64,000 bases of DNA, taken from Microbotryum violaceum (taxonomy: Eukaryota). The position numbers and the translations under genes were made by a program. The notes under the pieces are model-generated. The model saw nothing but the letters and a program-made list of their open reading frames with translations, was not told where the DNA came from and made no database searches. Where the stretch lies: positions 434,001 to 498,000 of the forward strand of contig CDLV01000008.1 in NCBI GenBank assembly GCA_001244265.2, written 5' to 3'. Shown one piece after another: positions 39,684 to 50,130 of this stretch. The number at the start of each line of letters is the position of its first letter. Position 1 is the first letter of the stretch.

Positions 39684-41544
39684 ATGTGAGTACTCGCTCC
39701 ACTTTGCTCGCCCTGAGCTGAGCTCGACAACGAGACCCCTCTCTCGAGGACACCACCGGTGGCGAACAGCACCCCCTCGACCCTTCACAGTCGATCTGAA
39801 CACCGACACTGGTACTAACTCTGAGTTAATCCTCCAACAGGTCGACGATCGTAGACAAGATCAAGCTCATCGAGGATGAGATGGCAAGTTCACTCTTTCG
39901 CTTCCCTTGCAAAGTCTTCGTCCATCGACTAACACCTACATAATCTCGTCCCTCCTCCAACTCAGGCCAAGACGCAGAAGAACAAGGCCACCTCGTTCCA
40001 TCTCGGCCAACTCAAGGCCAAACTCGCCAAGCTCAAGCGAGAACTCTTGACCCCGACCACGGGAGGAGGAGGTGGTGGTGGTGTCGGCTTCGATGTCGCC
40101 AGGACAGGTATCGCATCAGTCGGATTCGTGTAAGTGAACCCCACCTCGTATCATTTGAAGTAGATGATGACGACCTGACCTCCATGCCCAACATCACAGC
40201 GGCTTTCCTTCGGTCGGTAAATCGTCCCTCATGAGTGGGCTCACCGGAACAGAGTCCATCGCCGCCGACTATGAATTCACAACCTTGACTACGTGCGTAC
40301 CTCGCGAATGCTCCCTGTACATGCCGCAATACCTCTGACCCTCGCACCGTACTCAAACAGCGTTCCCGGTACACTGCAAGTCCACGGTGCCCCGATCCAG
40401 ATCCTCGATCTGCCGGGTATTATCGAAGGCGCCAAGGACGGTAAAGGTCGTGGTCGACAGGTCATTGCTGGTAAGCATGACCACAGCCTCTTGGCTACAC
40501 CGTCCGAGTTAGGAGCTCATCATAATCTTCTCCAGTCGCACGAACATGCAATCTCATCTTCATCGTTCTCGACGTGCTCAAACCGCTTGGCGACAAGTCC
40601 ATCATCGAAAACGAACTCGAAGGGTTCGGCATCCGGCTGGGCAAGAAACCTCCCGCGATCACGGTCAAGAAGAAGGAGAAGGGCGGGATCGCCATCTCCA
40701 ATACGGTCCCCTTGACCCACATCGACTCGGACGAGATCAAGGCCGTTTTGGCCGAATACAAAATGTCCAACGCCGACGTCGCGTTAAGGTGTGACCCCAC
40801 CTTGGACGAGTTCATCGATGTCGTCGAAGGTGGGAGGGTTTACATCCCCGTCGTATACGTGTTGAACAAGATCGATGCCATCTCGATCGAAGAACTGGGT
40901 GGGTGCTTCTCTCTGTTGCCCATTATCACTGATCACTTTAGCTGACGCTGGCCCCGCTGTCTTATCTGCAGATTTGCTGTATAAAATTCCCAACTCGGTA
41001 CCCATCTCGGCTAGGGAGTGGCTCAACATTGACGAACTGATCGAGGTACGCCCTGGTCTGGTTGCCTATCTCGTGAGGTGAACATCTTCCCTGATTACTT
41101 CGAGACTCGGTGTGCAGACAATGTGGGAGAAGCTCGACCTCGTGCGGATCTACACCAAGCCCAAGGGCAAGCAACCCGACTATTCTTCCCCCGTCGTTCT
41201 CAAGCGCGCAAGGTGTTCCGTAGAAGGTAGGTCCTCTGATCCTCGTCCTGTAAGGTACGCTGCGATGCGACTGACCGAAGCTCACTTTGCTGGTTTAATC
41301 CGGCACAGATTTCTGCAATTCGATCCACAAAGATATCTCGAAACAACTCAAGTACGCGATGGTCTACGGCAGCTCGGTCAAGCATTCGAGAGGTCAGAGG
41401 TGTGGACTGGATCATATCCTGGCTGTGAGTGAACTCGCATAGCAAAATCTTGTCTGGCTCGATTTGTCGTAAGCGACCTTACTTACGCTTGCTTCTGGGA
41501 ATCTCGAACAGGACGAGGACGTCGTCAGTATCTTCAAGAAGTAG
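39684..41544 (+). CDS. RBG1: Developmentally regulated GTP-binding protein 1 (DRG1/Rbg1), multi-exon
   Basis: [81 protein letters not shown] and a TGS domain ending VVSIFKK*. Confidence 0.96.
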
Positions 41545-41895
41545 ATCAAGGCACCTTGTTGTCTTCCGGTATTTGGTACTACTTTGGCAAGACGAGCAAA
41601 TCTTGTTAAAAAAAACACTATGCATGCCACCAGACCTTCCGGACGCCTTTCCTCCTGAAAAGCCCTCCACACGAAATTATGTCGGATCTGTCGTACCCGT
41701 TCACGGTCCTCCTTTGGATCTGATTCCATTGAGAAGAAGTTTCGATGCAGTAAGATTGACGTACCGCATCTAAAGACCGATCCCAGATGGGCCCCGTGCA
41801 GCACGCCTTATTGGAACCGTTTGTTCGCCAGCCGCCGATCCGCTTTGGCGACCACCATTTGCAGCCCAAACTAGCCCCAGTAGCCCGCAGATGCC

Positions 41896-42734
41896 TCAGA
41901 GTCGTGTTAGAGTACCAGCCATGAACCGACAACCCCAGTTCAGCTTACCTTGACGGCGAGAGCCTTGAACGCTTCTCGTTTCGCTCGTCGGCACTGCTGG
42001 GCCTGATTGCGAAGACTTGAACCCCTTGCTTGTAGATTGGGCGGGGTTGACGGGCGTCGCCGCGAGCTTGTTGATCACGGCGTCTAACTTCCCTTCATAG
42101 GCGAGACCTCCTGCGATGCCGTCCTTAAAGCGTAATATATAATCTTGGACACCAATTTGATGGAAATTCTTCCTCGGCGTATATCCTATGATGCCCGTGA
42201 ATTGCTCAATGCGAAACCCTTGCGGCGGGCAGGGGCGTCCGATTCGGTAGACCAACGTGAGAAGATGAGCTCGAGAATTTTGTCAACGACACCGGACATC
42301 AACATCGTCATGATCCCTGGGACTTCGTTCTCGGTGTCTACAGGATATTGCCTGCGCGTGCCGGCGAGGAGGGATCGTCCGAGCGTGTCGAGCTCCTGTT
42401 CCAGACCGAGCTGCTCGAGGAGCTGTCGTTCCGTTAGCAGCAGGTCCGGGAGGACGTCCTCGTCTTCCATCATTGTCTCAGGTGTAGACGGAGGTACTTC
42501 TTCGGCGCCGGTTCCTTTATGAGGGGAGGTCGAGTTCGATTGCACCTTCCCGGGTTGCGCGTAGAGGTCACCAGGGAACAGCAACTGGTTGGCGGGGTCG
42601 GCAGGCACGTTGGCACGCGCAACAGTGGCTAGCGGGACAGGAAGGTGGTCGAACGTTTTGGCTAGGATGGGGGATATGAAGGTGAACGAGGGTATAAGTT
42701 GTAAGCGATAAGAAGCTGGCTTCCGAGACTTCAC
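41896..42734 (-). pseudogene. Frameshifted coding-like relic of unknown family, possibly transposon-derived
   Basis: Two overlapping same-strand ORFs (182 and 119 aa) with protein-like composition that appear to join through a frameshift near 42230. No motif recognised. Confidence 0.3.
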
Positions 42735-43077
42735 GCTCAGCTACTAGACCGTGTGCCAGAAGTGACTGGCAACGGGCAAAAAAAGGAAGACGGCGCGCCA
42801 TCGTGAGCTGCCGTACTCGAGTCTCTCCTAAGTGTTGCCTCGACTGGTTGCCAAAGGCGACTAATCATCGGGGCCCATGGGCGCGCGTAGCAAGTCGCAA
42901 GGCAAGTGCGATGTCCACCACACTCTTTGTACTAGGACTAGGTAGCTTGGCATGCTCACACCATCCCCTATTGCTGGTAACATCGGGTCCCCACCCATGT
43001 CCATGGAGTTGCCTGCGAAGGAGAAAAAGCAAGAAAGAAGATAGCAAAGACAAAGGAAACATAGAAAACTATGAGGA

Positions 43078-43078
43078 A

Positions 43079-43119
<41 letters not shown>

Positions 43120-43139
43120 AAAAAAGAAAGAAAGAAAAA

Positions 43140-43206
<67 letters not shown>

Positions 43207-43212
43207 GAAAGG
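43078..43212. repeat. (AAAG)n microsatellite / pure polypurine tract, about 135 bp
   Basis: About 30 AAAG units with two AAAA interruptions, read directly. Confidence 0.97.
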
Positions 43213-43714
43213 AAAGCAAGAAGAAAGCAGGGAAAGAACTTGAACTTGAAGGAACGAAGGCAAGACGACACAGGATGTACATGGTCATAATACTTTCTCC
43301 GTTGCATAACTTCCAAATTAAATTTGGTGTTTTGCGATGTAGTCAGCCCACCTACACCAGGAGCATGTAGATATGGATTGCCTAAGCTTGAGAAACAGGA
43401 GGGCGCCGGTCGCACAAGTTGCAGCGGCCTGACTTCAAAGCCTTTTCAAAGCTTGGACAGCAGTGTTGAGAGCAATGTAAAAACAAGCTTCAAAGATGGG
43501 TAGTACAAGAAAAGCCCTGCAGATCACAAGAAGCAACTTTCACAGAAACTATGCGAAGGTCTCACCGTGGTTGGAGCTCCAATTGGCTAGAGAAAGGCCC
43601 TATTTCGGGGGAGGTATAGTATATTTGGGACGCAATCAATAGCGCCATGGACCGTGCAGAGGCGGCACTTGAAGGCCGATGAGCGGAATGATGCTACAAA
43701 GCATGCATAACACG

Positions 43715-46150
43715 TCATTTTGACACCTCTGATGACGAAAGTGCTGACTGAGATACGAGCTTGGCAAGGTTCCAATCGATCAAACACAGGGAGCCGTCAT
43801 CCCGTAGCAAAACATTGTCGCGCCTCAAATCTCCGTGATCGATCCCGAGTCGAGCGAACATTTGAACTGCTTGGCTTTAGGACCCACGCCACACAGACGT
43901 TCAACACCTGTCAATCTGATGTGAGAAGCCGGCGTGAGCTCAGATGCCAGCGCTTTGATCACTCACCGAACTTTATCGTCGAATTCTGGGACGAGATCAG
44001 AATCTCTGATCTGTCGTCCACCATATTCCATCACAAGAGCAATGGACCGAGACGGCCCAGCTTGGAGATAGGTCCCGTAGTACGAGGGGAGGAGCTTCCG
44101 AGCCTCTTTGGGTAGAAGAGGAAAAACGTGCTCGTAGAAGAGAGACTCCCGGATGCCCGCCCCCAGTCCATCGAAGACTTTGATCACCATCGGTGTATCC
44201 GTCGGCATCACCTTATGCTGCGGAATGGGCTCAGACTTGGTCGAATCAAGGCCAGCGAGTAGGCGTGGTGCTATATGCTATACCCGCTTGAACCGACTTG
44301 TTCGAACGTTGAGAGGGGCTGCCGGCGGGTGCCTTCGTACGTAGTTGACCTCCGTAAGCAGAGCCATATCCACCGATAGCGAGGAGTTGCGGTATCCCAA
44401 TCTGCGGTAACGATCGCAAGTCGCACCTATCCAGCACAGAAAGTGATGCTCTAAGAAGTGGTGAGCGCCCTTCATCATCATAAAGCTCGCGGGAGAGATA
44501 TTCTAGCAAAGCGGGAGAAAGGCGTTTCAGGCTAAGCGTTGTTTTGAATTCAGACATGTTCACAGGCGGTTCGTTGGGAATTGATGTTTCGCTGAGCTTG
44601 AACGCGACCGCCTCGAAAGGGTCTAATTGGTCCGACGAATGCTCCCAGACGAAAGCGATCTGTATCTGCGCATGTAGCCGGCGCCCAGCACATGAAGATC
44701 AGTCAGCTAGCAAGCGTTCCGTCGAGTTGGTGGCAGTACGCCGAAAGAATGAGCATCTGCCACTGGATCTTGTAGCATACCGAAGCTACAGACGTGTCCA
44801 GCATCACTTGTACAACGTGACCACCCGTGCGCCAGAAGTCCTCAGCAGTGATGGTGGTGGCTGTGATGTTGCCTTCGCGCCCCGGGTACGCCGTCTTTTT
44901 GCCCGCGGTGAATCAGAAGCTTCCTGTGCATCGACTGCGCACTCAGCTCCGACTGCTCCGACGGTTCGGTCCAGCTCCTGCGGGTCACTTGAATGTGCGA
45001 ACAGTAGTTGAAGCGCTTCGGGTGAGGGGGGCGCTGCTGTTGCGATATGGTCAATACCAGCGGCGAGGAACATAAGCGCGACGGATATGAAATCGAATAG
45101 GAATGGCTCCTGAAGGGGGATTGGGGGGCGTCGTGAGGCGGTGGTGTAGATGCGCGAGTACAAGATCCCCATCTCTTGAGAGTTTTGGGGGTTTACAACT
45201 AGCGTACAGGATCATGCAAGAGGGAATGGCGCGTAAGTTCCTTTTTCTACGCTGCCACGGATTGCCAGTCTAGCTCACCAGCTTCGGCCAAGATGACGAA
45301 ATGAGAGCTGATCATCATGCCGAATCGTACCGGGACTTCCACCTCACCCGTCTTGTCATTTCTTTCATTGGCCGATTCCATGAGAAAAGCCAGCTGTGTT
45401 GGCATTGGTGTCAAACAAGAAAGCTCGGGTTGGCATACAATATAAGCTGTAGTAGGGCATGGTGTGTTCGACGGACCTTGTTCAACATCGCCTGCGCGCC
45501 ATGGCTCCTCTTTCCGAGATCCAGAGGGATCGGACCATTATGATGGAGATGAAACTTGCACTCGTCGTCGCGCGCAAACAAATTCGGTTGAGCACCGTTA
45601 GACATGAAGGACGCGTCCTCCTCAAGGATAATCGAAAAGCGAAACAAGCACGTTCCGTTGCCTCTCATTAGGGCAAGCGTGATCCCGGGTGGATGAGAAC
45701 GTGGTGGAGCCTCGAAGCGAAGGTAGTACGGGCTGTTGGGTCGCTGTCTCGTATTGGAGTCGCCAATTGAATCGTAGTACCGCTTCAACACGAATAGGAG
45801 CAAAGGTGCTAGAACGCGTATGCGCAGGTCGTGGATCGTTGCGGTGCATTCGGGACTGTTGGTGCACACGATCCGACCGCAAGGTCGGTCCGACCGGAGT
45901 AGCCTACCGACCTCGTCGTGCACTTCCTCCATCAATTTGCTCTCGTCGAGAAAGTTCTCGAGTGATCCTCGAAGTCGTGGCTCGAGTGAATCGTCCAGCA
46001 TTGCTGCAACAGGTCGTCGCCAGTTGAAGCCAACGGCGGGGGCTCGAAAGGAAGACCGCCTCCGCGAAGGTCGAAGCAATCTGGCCCGTCACAGGGTGCG
46101 TGGTTGATGTTGTCCTTCTCGAGAAAGAGCCCCAGGTGCGATCGGAACAT
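43715..46150 (-). CDS. Atypical protein-kinase-like protein with C-terminal kinase fold, multi-exon; 5' part possibly disrupted
   Basis: Spliced exons give LAIGGYGSAYGG (Gly loop), VIKVF...RESLFYE, LVMEYGG, IDHGDLRRDNVLL (catalytic loop) and LIDWN (DFG equivalent), then stop at 43715. Upstream ORFs of 122 and 222 aa lie on the same strand. Confidence 0.7.
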
Positions 46151-46166
46151 GTGTCGAGCTCAGTGG

Positions 46167-46219
46167 TGTTGGTATCAACGATGATCCCGAAATGATCAAC
46201 AAAAGAAGAAGAACGACTG
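46167..46219 (-). repeat. 3' fragment (last 53 bp) of the tRNA-bearing LTR, inverted
   Basis: Reverse complement reads CAGTCGTTCTTCTTCTTTTG...ACCAACA, matching the LTR 3' end at 46323-46375. Confidence 0.92.
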
Positions 46220-46256
46220 TGTTGAAGGTGTTAGTAGACCTTGCACTGATATCAGG

Positions 46257-46327
46257 GGCCGGATAGCTTAGTGGTCAAAGCTTTTCCGATTAATGGAAGC
46301 GACCCAGTTTCGACTCCTGGTCCAGCC
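46257..46327 (+). ncRNA. tRNA-like element in the 5' LTR (B box with one substitution)
   Basis: A box TAGCTTAGTGG; B box GTTTCGACTCC versus consensus GGTTCGANTCC; cloverleaf stems; downstream TTTT. Confidence 0.75.
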
Positions 46328-46660
46328 GTTCTTATTCTTTTGTTGATCATTGCGGGATCATCGTTGATTCCAACATGGTAGCGTCTGTCGGTTAATAAGA
46401 GAAAAGGGGCGGCTGTCTCCGAACCATGCTGTAGAGCAAGATGCCAAAGCAAGGTTCTAAGGGGAAGTGTGAGGATCTATTATAGAACCTTTCATGTGAA
46501 TCTTTCCAATGACGCTGCACAAAGTTACCGGAGCTGCCGCAGAAGCTTGACACAGAGTCCAATTTAGACTTAGAGTCGACGCATTGCAATAGCCTGGCAG
46601 CAGTGCAAAGGTCTAAGGGGAAGTGTTGAAGGTGTTAGTAGACCTTGCACTGATATCAGG

Positions 46661-46731
46661 GGCCGGATAGCTTAGTGGTCAAAGCTTTTCCGATTAATGG
46701 AAGCGACCCAGGTTCGACTCCTGGTCCAGTC
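46661..46731 (+). ncRNA. tRNA-like element in the 3' LTR (intact A and B boxes)
   Basis: GGCCGGA-TA-GCTT AGTGGTCA AAGC-T-TTTCC GATTAAT GGAAG-CGAC-CCAGG TTCGACT CCTGG-TCCAGTC folds as a cloverleaf with a non-canonical anticodon loop. Confidence 0.8.
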
Positions 46732-46884
46732 TGTTGGAATCAGCGATGATTCCGAAATGATCAACAAAAGAAGAAGAACGGCTGAACCAGGAGTCGAACC
46801 TGGGTCGCTTCCATTAATCGGAAAAGCTTTGACCACTAAGCTATCCGGCCCCTGATATCAGTGCAAGGTCTACTAACACCTTCA
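46732..46884 (-). repeat. Nearly complete inverted copy of the tRNA-bearing LTR (first 3 nt absent at the LINE junction)
   Basis: Reverse complement of the 46220-46375 LTR with few substitutions. Contains a tRNA-like unit at 46780-46850 (-). Confidence 0.93.
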
Positions 46885-46885
46885 G

Positions 46886-48450
46886 TTTATTATTATTTGA
46901 TAGACTTCATTAACAGCATAATTATATTAATACCTCGAAATCTTCGGAAAAGTCGGAGGGAATGCTGTTACGCACACTGGCAGAAGCCAGTATTGTAGGA
47001 CTCATTGACCCTGAACCAGGATCAACCATACCCACTAAAACCCCCTTTGGTGTCTTACAGAGACACTAGGCGACCCTTGGACTCCTGGATAGAGGCTCGA
47101 AGCCCCTCGAACTCCGTTTCGGTGATCGGTTCCAAAAGATCCGACGAGAATCGACGACGGCGACACAGCTTCCAGATCGAGTGAAAGAAGAGGACTCGTA
47201 GTTCGACAAGTCGACGTTCCGAGCGAGACACGACCGGGCATACAAAGTCCACAAAGACTGGGTGGGGGGTCGGGCACAGAGCAGACCAGAGGCGCCGGGC
47301 AAATGGGCAGCCGACCGCGAGGTGAACCAGGCACTCGGGTGCTTCCGAGAGGCACATCACACAGGAGGTAGATCGATTGTTGGCATGTGGGCTGGTTGGG
47401 GAGGCGACTTGGCTTCCCGGATGGAGGGACCCCAGGGAGAGAAGATGGCCCGTATCCTCGGTGTCCGAGTGAACCCGGCGAACCTTGCGCAAAGCCTTCC
47501 ACCAAGCGTTCCAGCGTTGCTCAGGCAGATCGAATACCTTCTGGTGTCCCTTGGGGAAGATAGGGGGGAAGATGAAGACTTGGTGGCGTTTGGACGCGTT
47601 CACAAACGAAGACGGGGTCATCACCTCGCCATCGGGCCCTCGAAAAAGCGTCGGGTTTACCGAGAGTTGTATTCCGTGGCCCGCTGGAAGATAGAGTACG
47701 TGCGTCGCCCATTGCTCGAGGTTCTGGCTCTTGGAGAGTTCCGGGGATTGAGCGTGGTCACCGACGCCCAGGCTTCGAAGTATCGGACCCAACGAGCAGG
47801 AAGAAGTTTTGTCGTTTTTCTCACCGCATGGTCCCACTTTGGGGGAGGATGGCAAAAGTACGCCCACCAGATCCAAATCCAAGGGCAACCATGCTGGTTG
47901 GGGGCCGGTCTGGACAAGGTGAAAGGGGTTGGTTCGTTTGGTGCCTGGAGGCGGATGCGGATGTCGAAGAGGTGGCGTGTGAAGCAGCCGTCCGGGGCCC
48001 GGAGCTGGAAGACCCACTTCGCGTGATCGATTACTAGACGCCGAGGCATATCAATCAAACCGAAGCCGCCGTGATCAAGAGGGGCGCAGAGGCGCGACCG
48101 GGAGACCTTCGGACGTCGCTGAGTACCATCCGAAGCTCGACCGTGAATGGCGAGCATGGCGGCCTCCTCGATCTCCTTGACAACGCTCTTGGGGGCGGGA
48201 AGGAATCGGCTGTAGTACAAGATCTTTGTGTAGCAGTAGATGTTGATGATCGAACACTTGGCTGCATATGGGAGATCGTACATCGGAATTGAGCGTATCC
48301 GAGCGATGGTCGAGGCCTTGACATCTTCCCAGCCCGCATCCTCGGCGATCTCCACCCCGACCTGAATACCAAGGTAGCGAAACTGCGAATCGCTGAGACG
48401 CCAGGTCCCGAGATCTGGGGCGAAAAGTGGAGGACGGTATGACCGAATAG
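46886..48450 (-). mobile_element. 5'-truncated LINE family A, copy 2
   Basis: End of RT (QFRYLGIQ), GGFGLID, CVMC...HLAVGC, the same 3' UTR as 24257-25618, and a (TAA)n-like tail. Confidence 0.92.
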
Positions 48451-49181
48451 CTAACTGTATGCGCGTGCCAATACAACTTGCTCAGCATGGATCGGCCATA
48501 CACCATCCGTCGCGTCCGCCGAGTCTTGAATGCAAAGGCCTTCACCAACACGATCAGTTTCAGGGACTCGCTGCAGCCCGACGATATCAAGGAATTCTGG
48601 AAGGGGGTCACCTCGAAGGCATTGACGGCGAGGGAACGCGAGGTGTGGTTCAAGCTCGTCAGAAACTTCACCCCGACTCGGAGTCTGTAGTTTCATCAAA
48701 AGCACGACGACTCGCCCGCGTGCCTCGTCTGTGGAGCGCCCAAGGACGATCGGGAGCACTACTTCTTCGACTGAGTTGACTCTGGGAACGTTTGGATCGC
48801 GGCAAGGAGCGTGATCTGCGACGCACTGGGGCTCGACACGATCGACAACACGCATCACACGGCTGTTCAACGCATGTTCGGACTTCCGAAGCTCAAGGCC
48901 AGTCTGCGCGATCAAGAAGGAGCGGGGAGGACGATCGAAACGTTCACCGGGCTGGTCTTGGAGATGATCAGCAGCGGGAGGTGGGGGATGCAGAAGTGGG
49001 GGACGAGGATGGAGGGTGTTGGGAGGAGGAGGATCATCTTGGAGGAGAGGTTGAAGCTGAGGGCGGGAGGAGCTTGGGGGAGGAGAGGGCAGTAGAGGCT
49101 GGGTTCGACTTTCCCCCCACCACCACCACACACACACACCAAATTCTCGTGACATCATTTTCTCCTACTGTACAATAAATA
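48451..49181 (+). mobile_element. Degenerate 3' fragment of a second LINE family (B)
   Basis: One frame reads FWKGVTSKALTAREREVWFKLVRNFTPTRSL*...CLVCGAPKDDREHYFFD*...VW, a zf-RVT region with two in-frame stops. It ends near AATAAATA. Confidence 0.78.
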
Positions 49182-50130
49182 GATCGCTTTCATCTTTCAT
49201 TTGTTACAGGTTCACCGATGCGGATTATGGACCATCTCGCGATTTGGCGTCGACTCGGTGTGGCTCGCGCTCTTCGGCTTCGGGGTTCTGAGTCAAGGGA
49301 GGGACCAGCGGACACAGGCAGAAAGTCGGCTTTGAGGGGCCAGGGACTGCCGATGGGGAGGTCTTGAGGGACCTTCACCGCGTCTTGTTGTGACTGAGCA
49401 GAGACTTGGAGCGTCGAGGGTCGTGGTGGTTGCGCAGTCGTGCTCTTGTCTTCGTCTCGACCGAGTGGGAAGTGGCTGTGGGGTGGGCCTTCTGTCGTTA
49501 GTACATTTCTTTTCTTTCTTTTTATCTTCATCTCTCTTTCTCTCTCTCATTAGTCTCCTGGGGGGGAGCAACCGCTTGGCTAGGGCATTTGAATCCGAAT
49601 CTCGGATTGGTGGACTTGGCTCGTTTCTCGCACTTTTGCGGGCGGTTTGTGTTATCATCGTAGTCTTCCATCTAGTTTTCCGTAGGCCAAAACAGGGGGA
49701 ACAGGAACTGGGGGCAATATGATGAACGTTTTCTACAAAAATAAACGTGCCGACGTCGTCAAGGCAAGAGGCGCGCGCGCCGATCGTGTAAATCCGTCGC
49801 AGCGGCTGTTATGGCTTTGGCAGGACCCCCGAAAGCCCAGCCAGAGGTAAGCTCGACGCCCCTCAACCCGCTTGCAAAGACGTTTCGAGCGAAATCGTCA
49901 GACCCCTCAAGACGCTCTCAGTAGTCTGTTGGAGAACAAGTCAAAATGATGCAGTCAGACACCGCTTGAACCGGCATCTCGTAGTAGTGCATGACATCAG
50001 ACACTCCCGTCAAGTTATACATACATCTGTCGGAAAATCTGTGCCAACACGCTGAGTGCCGCTGAGATCCACCAAAATGGGCCGAGTTCCCTCTGAACCT
50101 GCCATCAAGTGGAGGTATTATGCGAGAATA

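Larger units (their letters stand above)
46220..46731 (+). mobile_element. Non-autonomous miniature LTR retrotransposon (TRIM) with tRNA-like sequence in the LTRs
   Basis: 5' LTR 46220-46375 (TGTTG...CAACA), PBS TGGTAGCG at 46376, 248-bp non-coding interior, PPT AAGGGGAAG at 46615-46623, and 3' LTR from 46624 broken at 46731. Confidence 0.9.

Noticed and set aside
42803..43415. KKER-rich and FFLS-rich ORFs
   Set aside because: They are translations of the (AAAG)n microsatellite.
46220..46375. tRNA-derived SINE
   Set aside because: The unit has TG...CA inverted ends, a PBS and a PPT, sequence upstream of the tRNA-like part, and no poly-A tail, so it has LTR architecture.
46661..46731. Functional ochre-suppressor tRNA (central loop triplet TTA)
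   Set aside because: The loop GATTAAT lacks the invariant U33 and purine-37/38 context is atypical, the acceptor stem has a C-A mismatch, and all copies lie inside LTRs. A tRNA-derived promoter module is the better reading.
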